Source: a virus (lineage: Duplodnaviria > Caudoviricetes). From it: DNA of 28,474 nt. The notes under the pieces were generated by a model. The model was not told the DNA's origin and made no database searches. It saw only the letters and a list, made by a program, of their open reading frames with translations. Numbering within the stretch: position 1 is the stretch's first letter; each line of letters opens with the position of its first letter. This document shows positions 7,321 through 16,224 of this stretch, piece after piece. Both the position numbers and the translations under genes were made by a program. The stretch is from positions 1 to 28,474 of IMG/VR virus record IMGVR_UViG_3300027806_000128. One strand, written 5' to 3'.

Positions 7321-9789
7321 ATGAATGATATAGAAGTCCTTAAGGAACCTAAGGGGTACGCCGAGCAGTTGCTAATCGAGGAGCAGAGCAAAGCGACAGG
7401 TATTAAGAACTACCTTAAGGACGTAGAGTATCAGATTAAATCTAAGGGCTTGTCTAAAACTGATGGGGGTCGTCTGGTTGTCAAGCAGGTTATCCTTCCG
7501 GTAACTAAGGCACTTGAGGAATGGGTGTCTAACGCGGAGCGTGCAGCAGGGCGTAGAGCCACTGCCCTACCGCTCCTTAAGAACCTTGACCTCAGGGTGG
7601 TGGCATGGTTCGGGGTGTCTATTGCCCTTGACTACGTTATCAGTAACCGCAGCATCCAATCGTGTGCCATTGCGATTGGCCGTAGGATGAACGATGAGAT
7701 CAGGTTCATTGCCTATGAGCAGCAGAAGCCTGAGAGCTTCGGCCTAGCCAATAAGATTCTCGATAGGAGTTCTAACAAGGGCGACACCCGCACCCGTTCG
7801 ATGCTCCTGCTCAGGTCCCTTAAAGTCAACAACGTGATTACTCCCAAGTGGTCTATGGCAGAGAGGCTGCACGTTGGCCTTGTTGTCTTGGGTGTCCTCA
7901 TTGACAACACCGGGCTGTTCGAGACCATCAAGAGCAAGGGTGGTAAGCGTAACCCTATCACGCTAAAGGCTACCGACAGACTTCTTAAGTACCTTGACCA
8001 GATCAAGGACCGCAATGCCCTGCTGTCCCCTGTCCATCTCCCGATGGTATGCCGCCCGAAGCCGTGGACCACACCGTATGACGGCGGGTACTATACGCAG
8101 CCGATGCGTCTGGTTAAAAGCTACAACCCCTATTACTTCCAAGAGTTGCAGAGCCGCGAGATGCCTACGGTCTACGCCTCCGCTAACGCTCATCAAGACA
8201 CTGCCTTCAAGATTGATACGTGGGTCCTTGAGCATCTTGAGAAGGCCGTAGAGATCGGGCTGCCCATCAAGGACCTCCCGCCCAAGCACGACCTGCCCCG
8301 CCCACAGGCACCTATCGAAACCGAAGGGCCGAAGTACCGTTCCTACAAGATGGCGTGTGGCCGTGTGTACCACACCAATAAACGCAATCAGTCCAAGCGT
8401 GCCTTGATACGGCGGCTTCTGAGTATTGCGAGAGACTACAAAGACCGAGATGAGATATACTTCCCCGTGCAGTTTGACTTCCGGGGCAGGGTGTACTACA
8501 AACCCGCAACGCTCAACCCACAGAGTACCGACGCAGCCAAAGGGCTGCTAACGTTTGCTGTAGGGAAACCTTTGGGAGAGTCGGGGGTCCGTTGGCTTGC
8601 CATCCACATCGCCAACACCTTTGGCAACGACAAGGTATCCCTCAATGACCGGGCACAGTGGACCTATGTAAACGAAAAGGATATCCTGCTGTACGGTTCC
8701 GATCCTTTGACCCACACGGGATGGACCAAAGCCAGCAAGCCCGTGCAGTTCCTTGCCGCCTGTCGGCATTGGGTTATGTACCGCAAGCGTGGTAGCGGCT
8801 ACGAGTGTAGCCTCCCCATCCGGGTAGATGGTACCTGCTCTGGCATCCAGCACTACGCCGCAATGTCCCTTGATGCCGTTGCAGGATCACAGGTCAACCT
8901 TACGTGCAACGATCTGCCTTCGGATATCTACCGTGAGGTTGCCAACCTTGTACTCAAGATGCTTGAGAAGGACCTGTCTTCAACCGAAGCAGTCATTAAG
9001 AAAACAAAGTTTGGCAACGTAACCTACGCCATCGCAACGATTGCCCGTGCTTGGATTAACTTCGGTATCACACGCACCGAGACTAAGCGGCAGGTCATGG
9101 TACTTCCTTATGGCGGTACCTTAACATCCTGCATCGAGTACACTCAGGCCGCTGTGATGGAGAGGGCTGCCGCCACGGGCGTAGAGATACCCGGTGGTGT
9201 CCACGCACTAGTGTTCTCTTCCTACCTAGCCACTACGATATGGGAAGCGATGAAGCGGGTGGTCAAGGGGCCAACCGAAACTATGCGGTGGATTCGTACC
9301 ATCGCCAGCCTTCAAGCCAAGCAGGGCATCCCTATGTCATGGGAGACACCCAGTGGGTTCCCCGTGGTGCAGCAGTATCCTAATGTATCCCGCCGTCGTC
9401 TTAAGTCTAAGTTGGGCGAGTCCGTTATCTTCCTCACAGTCAGGGAGGACAAGGATGGTATCGACCTGCGGCGGTCTGCTACCGCCTCTCCGCCTAACAT
9501 CGTACACAGTTGCGATGGAGCCGCTCTTGCCCTCACCGTTGAGGCCCTAGTCAAGATGGGCGTTACCTCTGTGGTATCCAACCACGACGACTACGGTACC
9601 CACGCTTGCGACATGGACACCATGAGTGCCACACTCAGGAGCGTGTTCGTCCGTATGTACAAGGACCACGACATGCTCGACCAGTTGTACCACCGGGCGT
9701 TGGCTATCGACCCAACGACACCCCCTCCACCCCTTAAGGGTTCTCTCTGTCTCGACGACGTTCTCCACTCAGAATACTTCTTCGCCTGA
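7321..9789 (+). CDS. T7-type single-subunit DNA-directed RNA polymerase (gp1)
   Basis: DFRGRVY, motif A DGTCSGIQHY, motif B RTETKRQVMVLPYG, PPNIVHSCD, motif C HDDYGTH, C-terminal YFFA. Confidence 0.99.
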   Translation: MNDIEVLKEPKGYAEQLLIEEQSKATGIKNYLKDVEYQIKSKGLSKTDGGRLVVKQVILPVTKALEEWVSNAERAAGRRATALPLLKNLDLRVVAWFGVSIALDYVISNRSIQSCAIAIGRRMNDEIRFIAYEQQKPESFGLANKILDRSSNKGDTRTRSMLLLRSLKVNNVITPKWSMAERLHVGLVVLGVLIDNTGLFETIKSKGGKRNPITLKATDRLLKYLDQIKDRNALLSPVHLPMVCRPKPWTTPYDGGYYTQPMRLVKSYNPYYFQELQSREMPTVYASANAHQDTAFKIDTWVLEHLEKAVEIGLPIKDLPPKHDLPRPQAPIETEGPKYRSYKMACGRVYHTNKRNQSKRALIRRLLSIARDYKDRDEIYFPVQFDFRGRVYYKPATLNPQSTDAAKGLLTFAVGKPLGESGVRWLAIHIANTFGNDKVSLNDRAQWTYVNEKDILLYGSDPLTHTGWTKASKPVQFLAACRHWVMYRKRGSGYECSLPIRVDGTCSGIQHYAAMSLDAVAGSQVNLTCNDLPSDIYREVANLVLKMLEKDLSSTEAVIKKTKFGNVTYAIATIARAWINFGITRTETKRQVMVLPYGGTLTSCIEYTQAAVMERAAATGVEIPGGVHALVFSSYLATTIWEAMKRVVKGPTETMRWIRTIASLQAKQGIPMSWETPSGFPVVQQYPNVSRRRLKSKLGESVIFLTVREDKDGIDLRRSATASPPNIVHSCDGAALALTVEALVKMGVTSVVSNHDDYGTHACDMDTMSATLRSVFVRMYKDHDMLDQLYHRALAIDPTTPPPPLKGSLCLDDVLHSEYFFA

Positions 9790-9814
9790 TTGGTTGCAGG
9801 AAGAGAAAGACACC

Positions 9815-10090
9815 ATGCCCAACTTCACCGTAACGAACCCTCTCGCTTCCCCTGTCTACGTGCATGGCATCCTTGAAGGGTTTGCCGGTAGGTCCTCGGT
9901 CCTCAAGGATCAAGAGACCATCACCTTCACAGACAACACGCAGGTTGAAGGCTACGTCATCAAGGACTATGGCGACAGGTTTACGGCCATGATCCGGGGG
10001 GTACGACGATCATGGCGGATCGTATTGATTTATGCAAAGAATGTTAAGTCCCGCAAAGAACTATACAAGGAGATAAATGGCAACAGTTGA
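9815..10090 (+). CDS. hypothetical protein
   Basis: ATG 9815 after a purine-rich leader; fills the gap after RNAP. Confidence 0.7.
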   Translation: MPNFTVTNPLASPVYVHGILEGFAGRSSVLKDQETITFTDNTQVEGYVIKDYGDRFTAMIRGVRRSWRIVLIYAKNVKSRKELYKEINGNS

Positions 10091-10493
10091 AGACCTAGAG
10101 TTTCGTATCGTGCATCTTGAACAAAGGCTTGAAGCAGTATTGAGTGAGACCCGTGCCGGTGTATCCGAACGCAACAATGAGACCAGCTCCCTTGCGGCCT
10201 CTGTGTCATCCATTGGTTCTGTTCTGGATACCGTGCAGAGTCGCTTAGGGAACATTGAGTCCACTATGGGAAGCGGCGGCGGCTTAGCCGGTGCCCTTGT
10301 GCAGGTCGCAACCGACCCTCCCACAACTGTCCCCACTGTAGACGGTGTTCCAATCTATACAACCGGACAGATTATCCTAGGGCCGCCTAAGAGCGGAGGT
10401 ACCGTGCGTACCTTATGGGTATTTGATGGAGACTCTACGGCTCCGCAATGGTGGGGATGGGATTTCTCCAACTCCACAGGTGCAATCAGTTAA
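10077..10493 (+). CDS. coiled-coil plus beta-domain protein (fibre-like)
   Basis: AAGGAG SD. Heptad repeats over residues ~1-62, GSGGG linker, then a Trp-containing beta-rich tip. Confidence 0.65.
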   Translation: MATVEDLEFRIVHLEQRLEAVLSETRAGVSERNNETSSLAASVSSIGSVLDTVQSRLGNIESTMGSGGGLAGALVQVATDPPTTVPTVDGVPIYTTGQIILGPPKSGGTVRTLWVFDGDSTAPQWWGWDFSNSTGAIS

Positions 10494-10513
10494 CAACAGA
10501 TAAGGAAAGAACA

Positions 10514-10867
10514 ATGACAAGAGTGATGAATCGACCGAACAGTGTTAACCGTGTTACAGAGTGGACTGATGCAGATAAGAGGACCGCTCGGCTAGTTGAG
10601 TTTGTGATGAATGACCATGTGCCACGAACAGATGCCGAGATTCACCAAGTAGTGAAGGAGTACTGGAGCCTCCCGCTATGGCGAGAGCAGAGTGGCTTCT
10701 TTGGTTCGAGGATTCCTTCCGCCGACCGTCTTCGCCACGGTCGTAAGTATCTTATGGATCACGGCAAGCTTTCTGTTGGTGGGCTACGGCCAACAGGGAA
10801 CGGTGGCAAGGGCCGGGTCTATCGGAGGGTAGAGGAAGCCTACCAGATTGAGACCCGCAATGCCTGA
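10514..10867 (+). CDS. putative winged-helix DNA-binding protein
   Basis: AAGGA SD. PRTDAEI ... RLRHGRKYLMDHGKL..G.RPTGNGGKGRVY fits an HTH plus wing. Confidence 0.55.
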   Translation: MTRVMNRPNSVNRVTEWTDADKRTARLVEFVMNDHVPRTDAEIHQVVKEYWSLPLWREQSGFFGSRIPSADRLRHGRKYLMDHGKLSVGGLRPTGNGGKGRVYRRVEEAYQIETRNA

Positions 10868-11135
10868 ACGCGACCTGACCCACGATATGTCCATCGGCGA
10901 TGTCCGCTTGCTTGGCAAGGCAGCGGCCACGATGACAGAGGCCCTTGATAGAGTGCCAAAGGAACTGAGGGCACCCGCTATTGTCTTCCTGTTCCTTTCA
11001 CTTACCCGCACGTACAAGTTTTCTATCCCAGAAATACTCACGGTAGCCAACAACTACCTTGAGAGAAACCTACAAGGTATGGAGGCATCCTCTCAGTTAG
11101 AGGGTGCTACTCGATACCTGATGAATGAGATTTAA
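10860..11135 (+). CDS. conserved Autographiviridae hypothetical protein (upstream of SSB)
   Basis: Helical ~90 aa ending RYLMNEI; usual position before gp2.5 in non-enteric T7-like phages. Confidence 0.7.
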   Translation: MPERDLTHDMSIGDVRLLGKAAATMTEALDRVPKELRAPAIVFLFLSLTRTYKFSIPEILTVANNYLERNLQGMEASSQLEGATRYLMNEI

Positions 11136-11137
11136 CT

Positions 11138-11839
11138 ATGGCTAAGTTCCCGATTGTTACGACTCCCGTTTCCGCCCTTGTGTTCGGCTCGCTCACCGTC
11201 CCCTCTACGAAGTTTAAGAAGGCCGGGCAGGACGGGCAGTACGAGGCCACCGTGGTCCTTGATACTACCGAGCAGTCCACGCAGGACTTCATTGCGGCTG
11301 TTGAGAAGGCCGCTATTGCGGGCCGTGAGGCCGAGGCCGCTAAGGGTAAGAACCCCGCAGAGCGTGCCAAGATTCTTGCGTACAGCCTCAGCCCCTCCTT
11401 CCAGCCGATGAATGACCGCGATACCGGGGAGCCGATCCCTAATACCGTTCGAGTCAACGCGAAGCGTGGCTCCAGTGGGATCAGCGTTAAGACGGGCAAG
11501 AGGTGGACCGCCGACATCTCGCTGTATGATGCGGCTATGAAGCCCATCCCCAAGTCTATTGATATTGGCTGGGGTTCCAAGGTCCGTCTTGCTATCGAGC
11601 TTGCACCCTTCTCCATGCCCGCTACAAAGCTGGCCGGTGTGAGCATGAAGCTGATCGGTGTGCAGGTTCTTGAGCTTGTGAACCGTGGTGGTAAGAGTGC
11701 CGAGTCGCTGGGCTTTGAGGCTACCGAGGGCTATGTGGCTGCTGCTGAGGCAATCGCTGCTAAGGTCCCCTCGACTGAGGGTGATGACTTCCTTGAGAGC
11801 GGTACTGGTGGCGAGGACACTGGTGAAGACTTCAACTAA
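11138..11839 (+). CDS. single-stranded DNA-binding protein (gp2.5-like)
   Basis: TTP..L..P.TKF..DGQY, IGWGSKVR, GVSMKLIGVQVLELV, acidic tail ending EDFN. Confidence 0.95.
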   Translation: MAKFPIVTTPVSALVFGSLTVPSTKFKKAGQDGQYEATVVLDTTEQSTQDFIAAVEKAAIAGREAEAAKGKNPAERAKILAYSLSPSFQPMNDRDTGEPIPNTVRVNAKRGSSGISVKTGKRWTADISLYDAAMKPIPKSIDIGWGSKVRLAIELAPFSMPATKLAGVSMKLIGVQVLELVNRGGKSAESLGFEATEGYVAAAEAIAAKVPSTEGDDFLESGTGGEDTGEDFN

Positions 11840-12284
11840 GCCCGACCTTGTTCTTCGTATCCCCATTGAACCCTGCTCCGCTAGCCGAGCACGGGTAGCA
11901 CGGGGAGGATGGGCTTACTACCCCGCTAAGTATAAGAACTTCCTTAAGGCTGCCCGTGAAGCCTTTAAGAAAGTTGCCGTAGAACCCCTCGTAGGTGGTC
12001 TCCGCGTTATTATACTCGTATCGTCGTTACGTCCTCGCACGACCAAACTTGATTTTCCAAAGCCTGACATTGACAACTTTGTAAAGGCTGTATTGGATTC
12101 CGGCAATGAGATTGTATGGGCTGACGACAGCCAGATACACACCCTCACTGCGTTGAAGGTATGGGACCCTAGTGATCCCTCCGTTCGCGTTGCCGTGTAC
12201 AAAGAAAGGTACCCAGATGCAGCAAGCCTGCCTGATGGTCCTTGGGTCGATGACAAAACCGGACGTTCGAGTAACGGCGGCTGA
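11823..12284 (+). CDS. rusA: RusA family Holliday junction resolvase
   Basis: KPDIDNFVKAVLDSGNEIVWADDSQI is the RusA signature. GTG start after GAGGA. Confidence 0.92.
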   Translation: MKTSTKPDLVLRIPIEPCSASRARVARGGWAYYPAKYKNFLKAAREAFKKVAVEPLVGGLRVIILVSSLRPRTTKLDFPKPDIDNFVKAVLDSGNEIVWADDSQIHTLTALKVWDPSDPSVRVAVYKERYPDAASLPDGPWVDDKTGRSSNGG

Positions 12285-12564
12285 TATCCTCAAGGGCGCA
12301 CTAAAGCATGGATTCCTTCACGCTCCTTACCACTTCTTCATGGACCGCAGCGGGCTTATTGTCTCTCTTCGGCCTCGCTCTATTCCTTGTCCTACTAAGG
12401 TGGCCCCGTACCCCCAAGGGTCCGTCGTCCTCCTCATTGAAGGGGGCCTCGACTCTGAAGGCCAACCGAGTAAAGAGACCTTCAGCAAAGACTCGCACAC
12501 TGCCCTGCTTAAACTAGCAGAGACAGAGGGCCTACCTATTGAGTGGCATGATATCTTAAAGTGA
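12217..12564 (+). CDS. degenerate T7 gp3.5-like N-acetylmuramoyl-L-alanine amidase homolog
   Basis: SMTKP, GFLHAPYHFFMDRSG and EGGLDSEGQP align with T7 lysozyme; syntenic. Zn ligands are missing. Confidence 0.85.
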   Translation: MQQACLMVLGSMTKPDVRVTAADILKGALKHGFLHAPYHFFMDRSGLIVSLRPRSIPCPTKVAPYPQGSVVLLIEGGLDSEGQPSKETFSKDSHTALLKLAETEGLPIEWHDILK

Positions 12565-12567
12565 TAC

Positions 12568-12621
12568 CCGATAGATGGTATCTGTCGGACTTCTTTAGCC
12601 GGGGCGAAAGTTCCGGCGAAG
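12568..12621 (+). promoter_or_regulatory. two tandem stem-loops in the primase leader
   Basis: CCGATAGAT-GGT-ATCTGTCGG and GCCGGGGC-GAAA-GTTCCGGC (GNRA loop, G:U pairs). Confidence 0.6.
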
Positions 12622-12626
12622 ACTTT

Positions 12627-14243
12627 ATGAAACAAACAGAGAGTCAGTTGTTGAGGCACATTAGGTGTCCCAAGTGTAACTCATCGGACGGCAACGCACT
12701 ATACGATGATGGACACACCTACTGCTTCGTTTGTACAGCATACGTATCTGGGGACGGTGTTGAAAAGAAAGGAGTGTTAGTGCAGCAGAAAGATTTAGTT
12801 GAGACGGAGATTCGGGATATCGTTGGCCGACGCTTGACAAAGGAAACGTGCAAGCACTTCAACTACGGCTTTGCCACGGTTGATGGGCAAGAGGTCCACG
12901 TTGCCAACTACACAAACTCCGAGGGCGTGGTGGTGGGGCAGAAGCTCCGCTATCGCAACAAGGACTTTGTGTGGCGTGGTAGCCCCAAAGAGGCCCGACT
13001 GTTTGGCGAGCATTGCTGGCGAGACAAGGGCAAGATGGTGGTTGTTACTGAGGGCGAGATTGATGCCATGTCCCTGTCGCAGGTGCAGGGTAACAAGTGG
13101 CCCGTTGTGTCCGTGCGTAACGGTGCTGCCGGGGCCTGCAAGGATATCAAGCAATCCCTTGACTTCCTTGAAGGGTTTGAGTCAGTTATCTTTATGTTTG
13201 ATAACGACGCTGTAGGACAGAAGGCGGCTACCGAGTGTGCCAGCCTGCTTACGCCCGGTAAGGCAAAGATTGCTAAGCTCCCCCTTAAGGACGCTAGCGA
13301 CATGCTAAAGGCCGGAAGGACAGAGGAGCTTATTAATGCAATATGGTCTGCAAAGGTTTCCCGGCCTGATGGTGTTATCAACGGCAATGAGCTTTGGGAA
13401 CCGATCATGGCAGAGGACAAAGAGGACTCTATCCCTTATCCTTGGGAAGGTCTTAATAGCGTTCTCCGTGGCATTCGGAAGTCGGAGGTTGTCGTACTCT
13501 GTGCAGGATCGGGCATCGGCAAGTCAGCCGTGGTCCGAGAGATTGCATACGATGCCCACCGACGCGGCGAGACCATTGGGTACATTGCACTGGAAGAGGC
13601 TGTAAAGCGGACGGGCCTCATGTTCATGGGGCTTGATCTCAACAAGCGTGTTTATCTTGATCGGTCCCTAGCGACCGTAGAGGAGCTTAAGGGTGCATAC
13701 GATCGAACTGTTGGTTCCGGTCGTTTCTACTTGTACGACCACTTTGGATCACTTGACATTGATAATCTCTTGGCCCGCATCCGTTACCTTGCACGAGGAT
13801 GTGGTTGCACAACGATTGTGCTGGATCACATCAGCATCGTCGTATCGGGTACTGAGGACGGGGATGAGCGACGCTTACTAGATAACCTTATGACCGGCCT
13901 GCGTACCCTTGTGCAAGAGCTTAACATCCGTGTGCTGGCTATCAGCCACCTTAAGCGGCCACAGGGCAAGGGCCACGAAGAGGGTGCCCGCACGGAGCTA
14001 TCACAACTGCGAGGCTCCGCCGCTATTGCCCAGTTGTCCGACGCTGCTATTGGGTTGGAGAGGGACCAGCAAGGGGAGCATAAGGACTATACGTGCTTGC
14101 GTGTCCTTAAGAACCGCTACACCGGCGAGACTGGTGAGGCGTGCTGGCTGAAGTATGATAAGGACACGGGAAGGCTGCTAGAGGTACCCGCCCCGGTTGA
14201 TGAGGATGAAGCGGCTTCATCACCACAGGAGACCCTATGCTAG
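12627..14243 (+). CDS. DNA primase/helicase (gp4)
   Basis: Zn ribbon CPKC...CFVC, TOPRIM EGEIDA and FDND, Walker A GSGIGKS, LDHISIV, LRGS. Possible 4B-like internal GTG at 12780 after AAGGAG. Confidence 0.98.
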   Translation: MKQTESQLLRHIRCPKCNSSDGNALYDDGHTYCFVCTAYVSGDGVEKKGVLVQQKDLVETEIRDIVGRRLTKETCKHFNYGFATVDGQEVHVANYTNSEGVVVGQKLRYRNKDFVWRGSPKEARLFGEHCWRDKGKMVVVTEGEIDAMSLSQVQGNKWPVVSVRNGAAGACKDIKQSLDFLEGFESVIFMFDNDAVGQKAATECASLLTPGKAKIAKLPLKDASDMLKAGRTEELINAIWSAKVSRPDGVINGNELWEPIMAEDKEDSIPYPWEGLNSVLRGIRKSEVVVLCAGSGIGKSAVVREIAYDAHRRGETIGYIALEEAVKRTGLMFMGLDLNKRVYLDRSLATVEELKGAYDRTVGSGRFYLYDHFGSLDIDNLLARIRYLARGCGCTTIVLDHISIVVSGTEDGDERRLLDNLMTGLRTLVQELNIRVLAISHLKRPQGKGHEEGARTELSQLRGSAAIAQLSDAAIGLERDQQGEHKDYTCLRVLKNRYTGETGEACWLKYDKDTGRLLEVPAPVDEDEAASSPQETLC

Positions 14244-14329
14244 AGACAATAAAGTGGGACCTCAGTGCTGCTTGGTCTGTCATGGTTAATGGGACAATCT
14301 ATTATACAGTAAAGATTGAGAGGCTATGA
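14237..14329 (+). CDS. 30-aa hypothetical peptide (MLETIKWDLSAAWSVMVNGTIYYTVKIERL)
   Basis: Not in ORF track. AGGAG SD; ATGA overlap with the DNA polymerase start. Confidence 0.55.
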   Translation: MLETIKWDLSAAWSVMVNGTIYYTVKIERL

Positions 14330-16224
14330 GATACCGAATCGACACTGAAACCAACGCACTAGAACTTTGTGATATTACCAAGGTGCATGTAATGTGCGTG
14401 AAGGCCGAGGACGGTACTAAGGAACGCCTTATCGGGCACTGCAACATCCTTGCGTGGCTCAATAAACTACAACCTACCGACGTTCTTGTGGCCCACAACA
14501 ATATCAACTTCGACTATCAGGTGCTACGCAAACTCTTCGGCATCTCGCTGCACTGGCAGCAGGTCCGTGATACGCTGGTGTTGGCCCGCATCGCGTGGTC
14601 AGCCGACGTTATTAAAGAGATCGACTGTGCAAAGGTCCGTAAGAACCCCGACAGTTTCCCCGCCGAGCTTATTGGTTCGTACTCCCTAAAAGCCTTTGGG
14701 TACCGTTTAGGGATTCCTAAAGCGTCCTACACGGGCACTTGGGATTCCTATTCGGACGAGATGGGGGACTATTGTGAGCAAGACGTAGAGGTGCTAGAGG
14801 CCCTTGATAACCTGCTCGACAAGAAACAACTCGACCCACGGTGTATCGAACTGGAGACCCGCTTTGCCCTGCTGATCCGTCAGCAAGAGATCAACGGCTT
14901 TCGGTTCAACGAGCAGAAAGCCCACGCACTACAAGCTAAGCTCGCATCGCGTCGTCAGGTCCTTAGTGAGGAGTTGGGTTCCCTAGTTCCTCCTAGAGTT
15001 GAACAGATGAAGGCCCCCGCTTATTGGGAATCCCCTAGCGGTCTACGCTTTACTACAAAGAAAGAGGCATATGCCGCAGGACAGAGAACCCTTACCCGTG
15101 GACCCAACCGCACTCGAAGCGTACCTTTCAACCCTGCCTCCCGGCAACAGGTGGCTACTTTCCTACTTTCTACAGGATGGAAGCCTTCCAAGTTTACAGA
15201 CACCGGCGATGCTGCTGTTGATGAATCAGTGCTTACCTCCATCGCCCACCCTGCCGGTCCAAAGCTCGCCAAGTTCTTTGCCTACAACAAACTCTTAGGG
15301 TATCTTGCCGAGGGTAAGAATGCGTGGTTGAAGCTGGTAACAAAGGGCCGCATCCACGGTCGCATGAATACTTGCGGGGCCGTAACAGGCCGCTGCACAC
15401 ACAGCCAGCCTAACATGGGGCAGATTCCATCCGTTGCCAAGAGCAAGGACGGGCTGCTCTATGGGGACGAGGGCGGGTGGACAACAGAATGCCGAGAGCT
15501 GTTTGAGGCCGACGAAGGCTGGGTGCTTGTCGGTGCTGATGCCAGCGGCCTTGAGCTGCGTTGCTTGGGGCACTATCTGGCCCGGTGGGACGGTGGAGCT
15601 TACGCTACCACGGTCTGCACTGGCGACATCCACACCACCAATCAGATCGCCTTTGGCCTCCCCGAAGGGAAGGTCTACCGAGACCCCGCAAAGAACGGCA
15701 TCTACTGTGTCGTCTACGGCGGGGGCGATTGGAAGTTCGGTATCACACTCTTCCCTCCTCACCTCTTTGGAAAGAAGTCCGATGATGAATACGTTAGACT
15801 CGGTAGGAAAGCTAAAGCAAAGTTTAAGAAAGCTATTCCAGCCTACGGTAAACTTGTTGACGCTGTGCAAGCAACGCTTGGAAAGAACGGATACCTCCCC
15901 GGTGTGGATGGCCGCAAGTTGCATTGCCGTAAGTCTTATGCTGCTCTCAATACCCTATTGCAGAGTGCAGGAGCCCTCATCGTTAAATGGGCAACCGTCC
16001 GAATGGTGGAAGTATTGGAACGCGAAGGCAAGGTCCACGGAAGAGATTTCAAACTAGTGGCCCATATCCACGACGAGGTACAGGTAACTGCACCTAAAGA
16101 GATCGCAGAACATATCGGTCAGACCTTTATCAAGGCCTTGGCAGAAGCCGAGGTTTACTTTGGATTTAGGTGCCCACTGACCGGCACTTGTGTTGTTGGC
16201 AATAACTGGGCGGAGACACATTGA
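14326..16224 (+). CDS. family A DNA polymerase with 3'-5' exonuclease (gp5)
   Basis: Exo I DTET, Exo II HN..FD, Exo III YCEQD, motif A DASGLELR, motif B RDPAKNGIY (Tyr at the T7 Y526 position), motif C HDE. Confidence 0.99.
   Translation: MRYRIDTETNALELCDITKVHVMCVKAEDGTKERLIGHCNILAWLNKLQPTDVLVAHNNINFDYQVLRKLFGISLHWQQVRDTLVLARIAWSADVIKEIDCAKVRKNPDSFPAELIGSYSLKAFGYRLGIPKASYTGTWDSYSDEMGDYCEQDVEVLEALDNLLDKKQLDPRCIELETRFALLIRQQEINGFRFNEQKAHALQAKLASRRQVLSEELGSLVPPRVEQMKAPAYWESPSGLRFTTKKEAYAAGQRTLTRGPNRTRSVPFNPASRQQVATFLLSTGWKPSKFTDTGDAAVDESVLTSIAHPAGPKLAKFFAYNKLLGYLAEGKNAWLKLVTKGRIHGRMNTCGAVTGRCTHSQPNMGQIPSVAKSKDGLLYGDEGGWTTECRELFEADEGWVLVGADASGLELRCLGHYLARWDGGAYATTVCTGDIHTTNQIAFGLPEGKVYRDPAKNGIYCVVYGGGDWKFGITLFPPHLFGKKSDDEYVRLGRKAKAKFKKAIPAYGKLVDAVQATLGKNGYLPGVDGRKLHCRKSYAALNTLLQSAGALIVKWATVRMVEVLEREGKVHGRDFKLVAHIHDEVQVTAPKEIAEHIGQTFIKALAEAEVYFGFRCPLTGTCVVGNNWAETH

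Noticed and set aside
12562-12630. UGA readthrough or selenocysteine insertion restoring the amidase C-terminus (K*YPIDGIC...)
   Set aside because: The UGA does not align with Cys130, the hairpin is closer than in a typical bacterial SECIS, and both His ligands are lost anyway.
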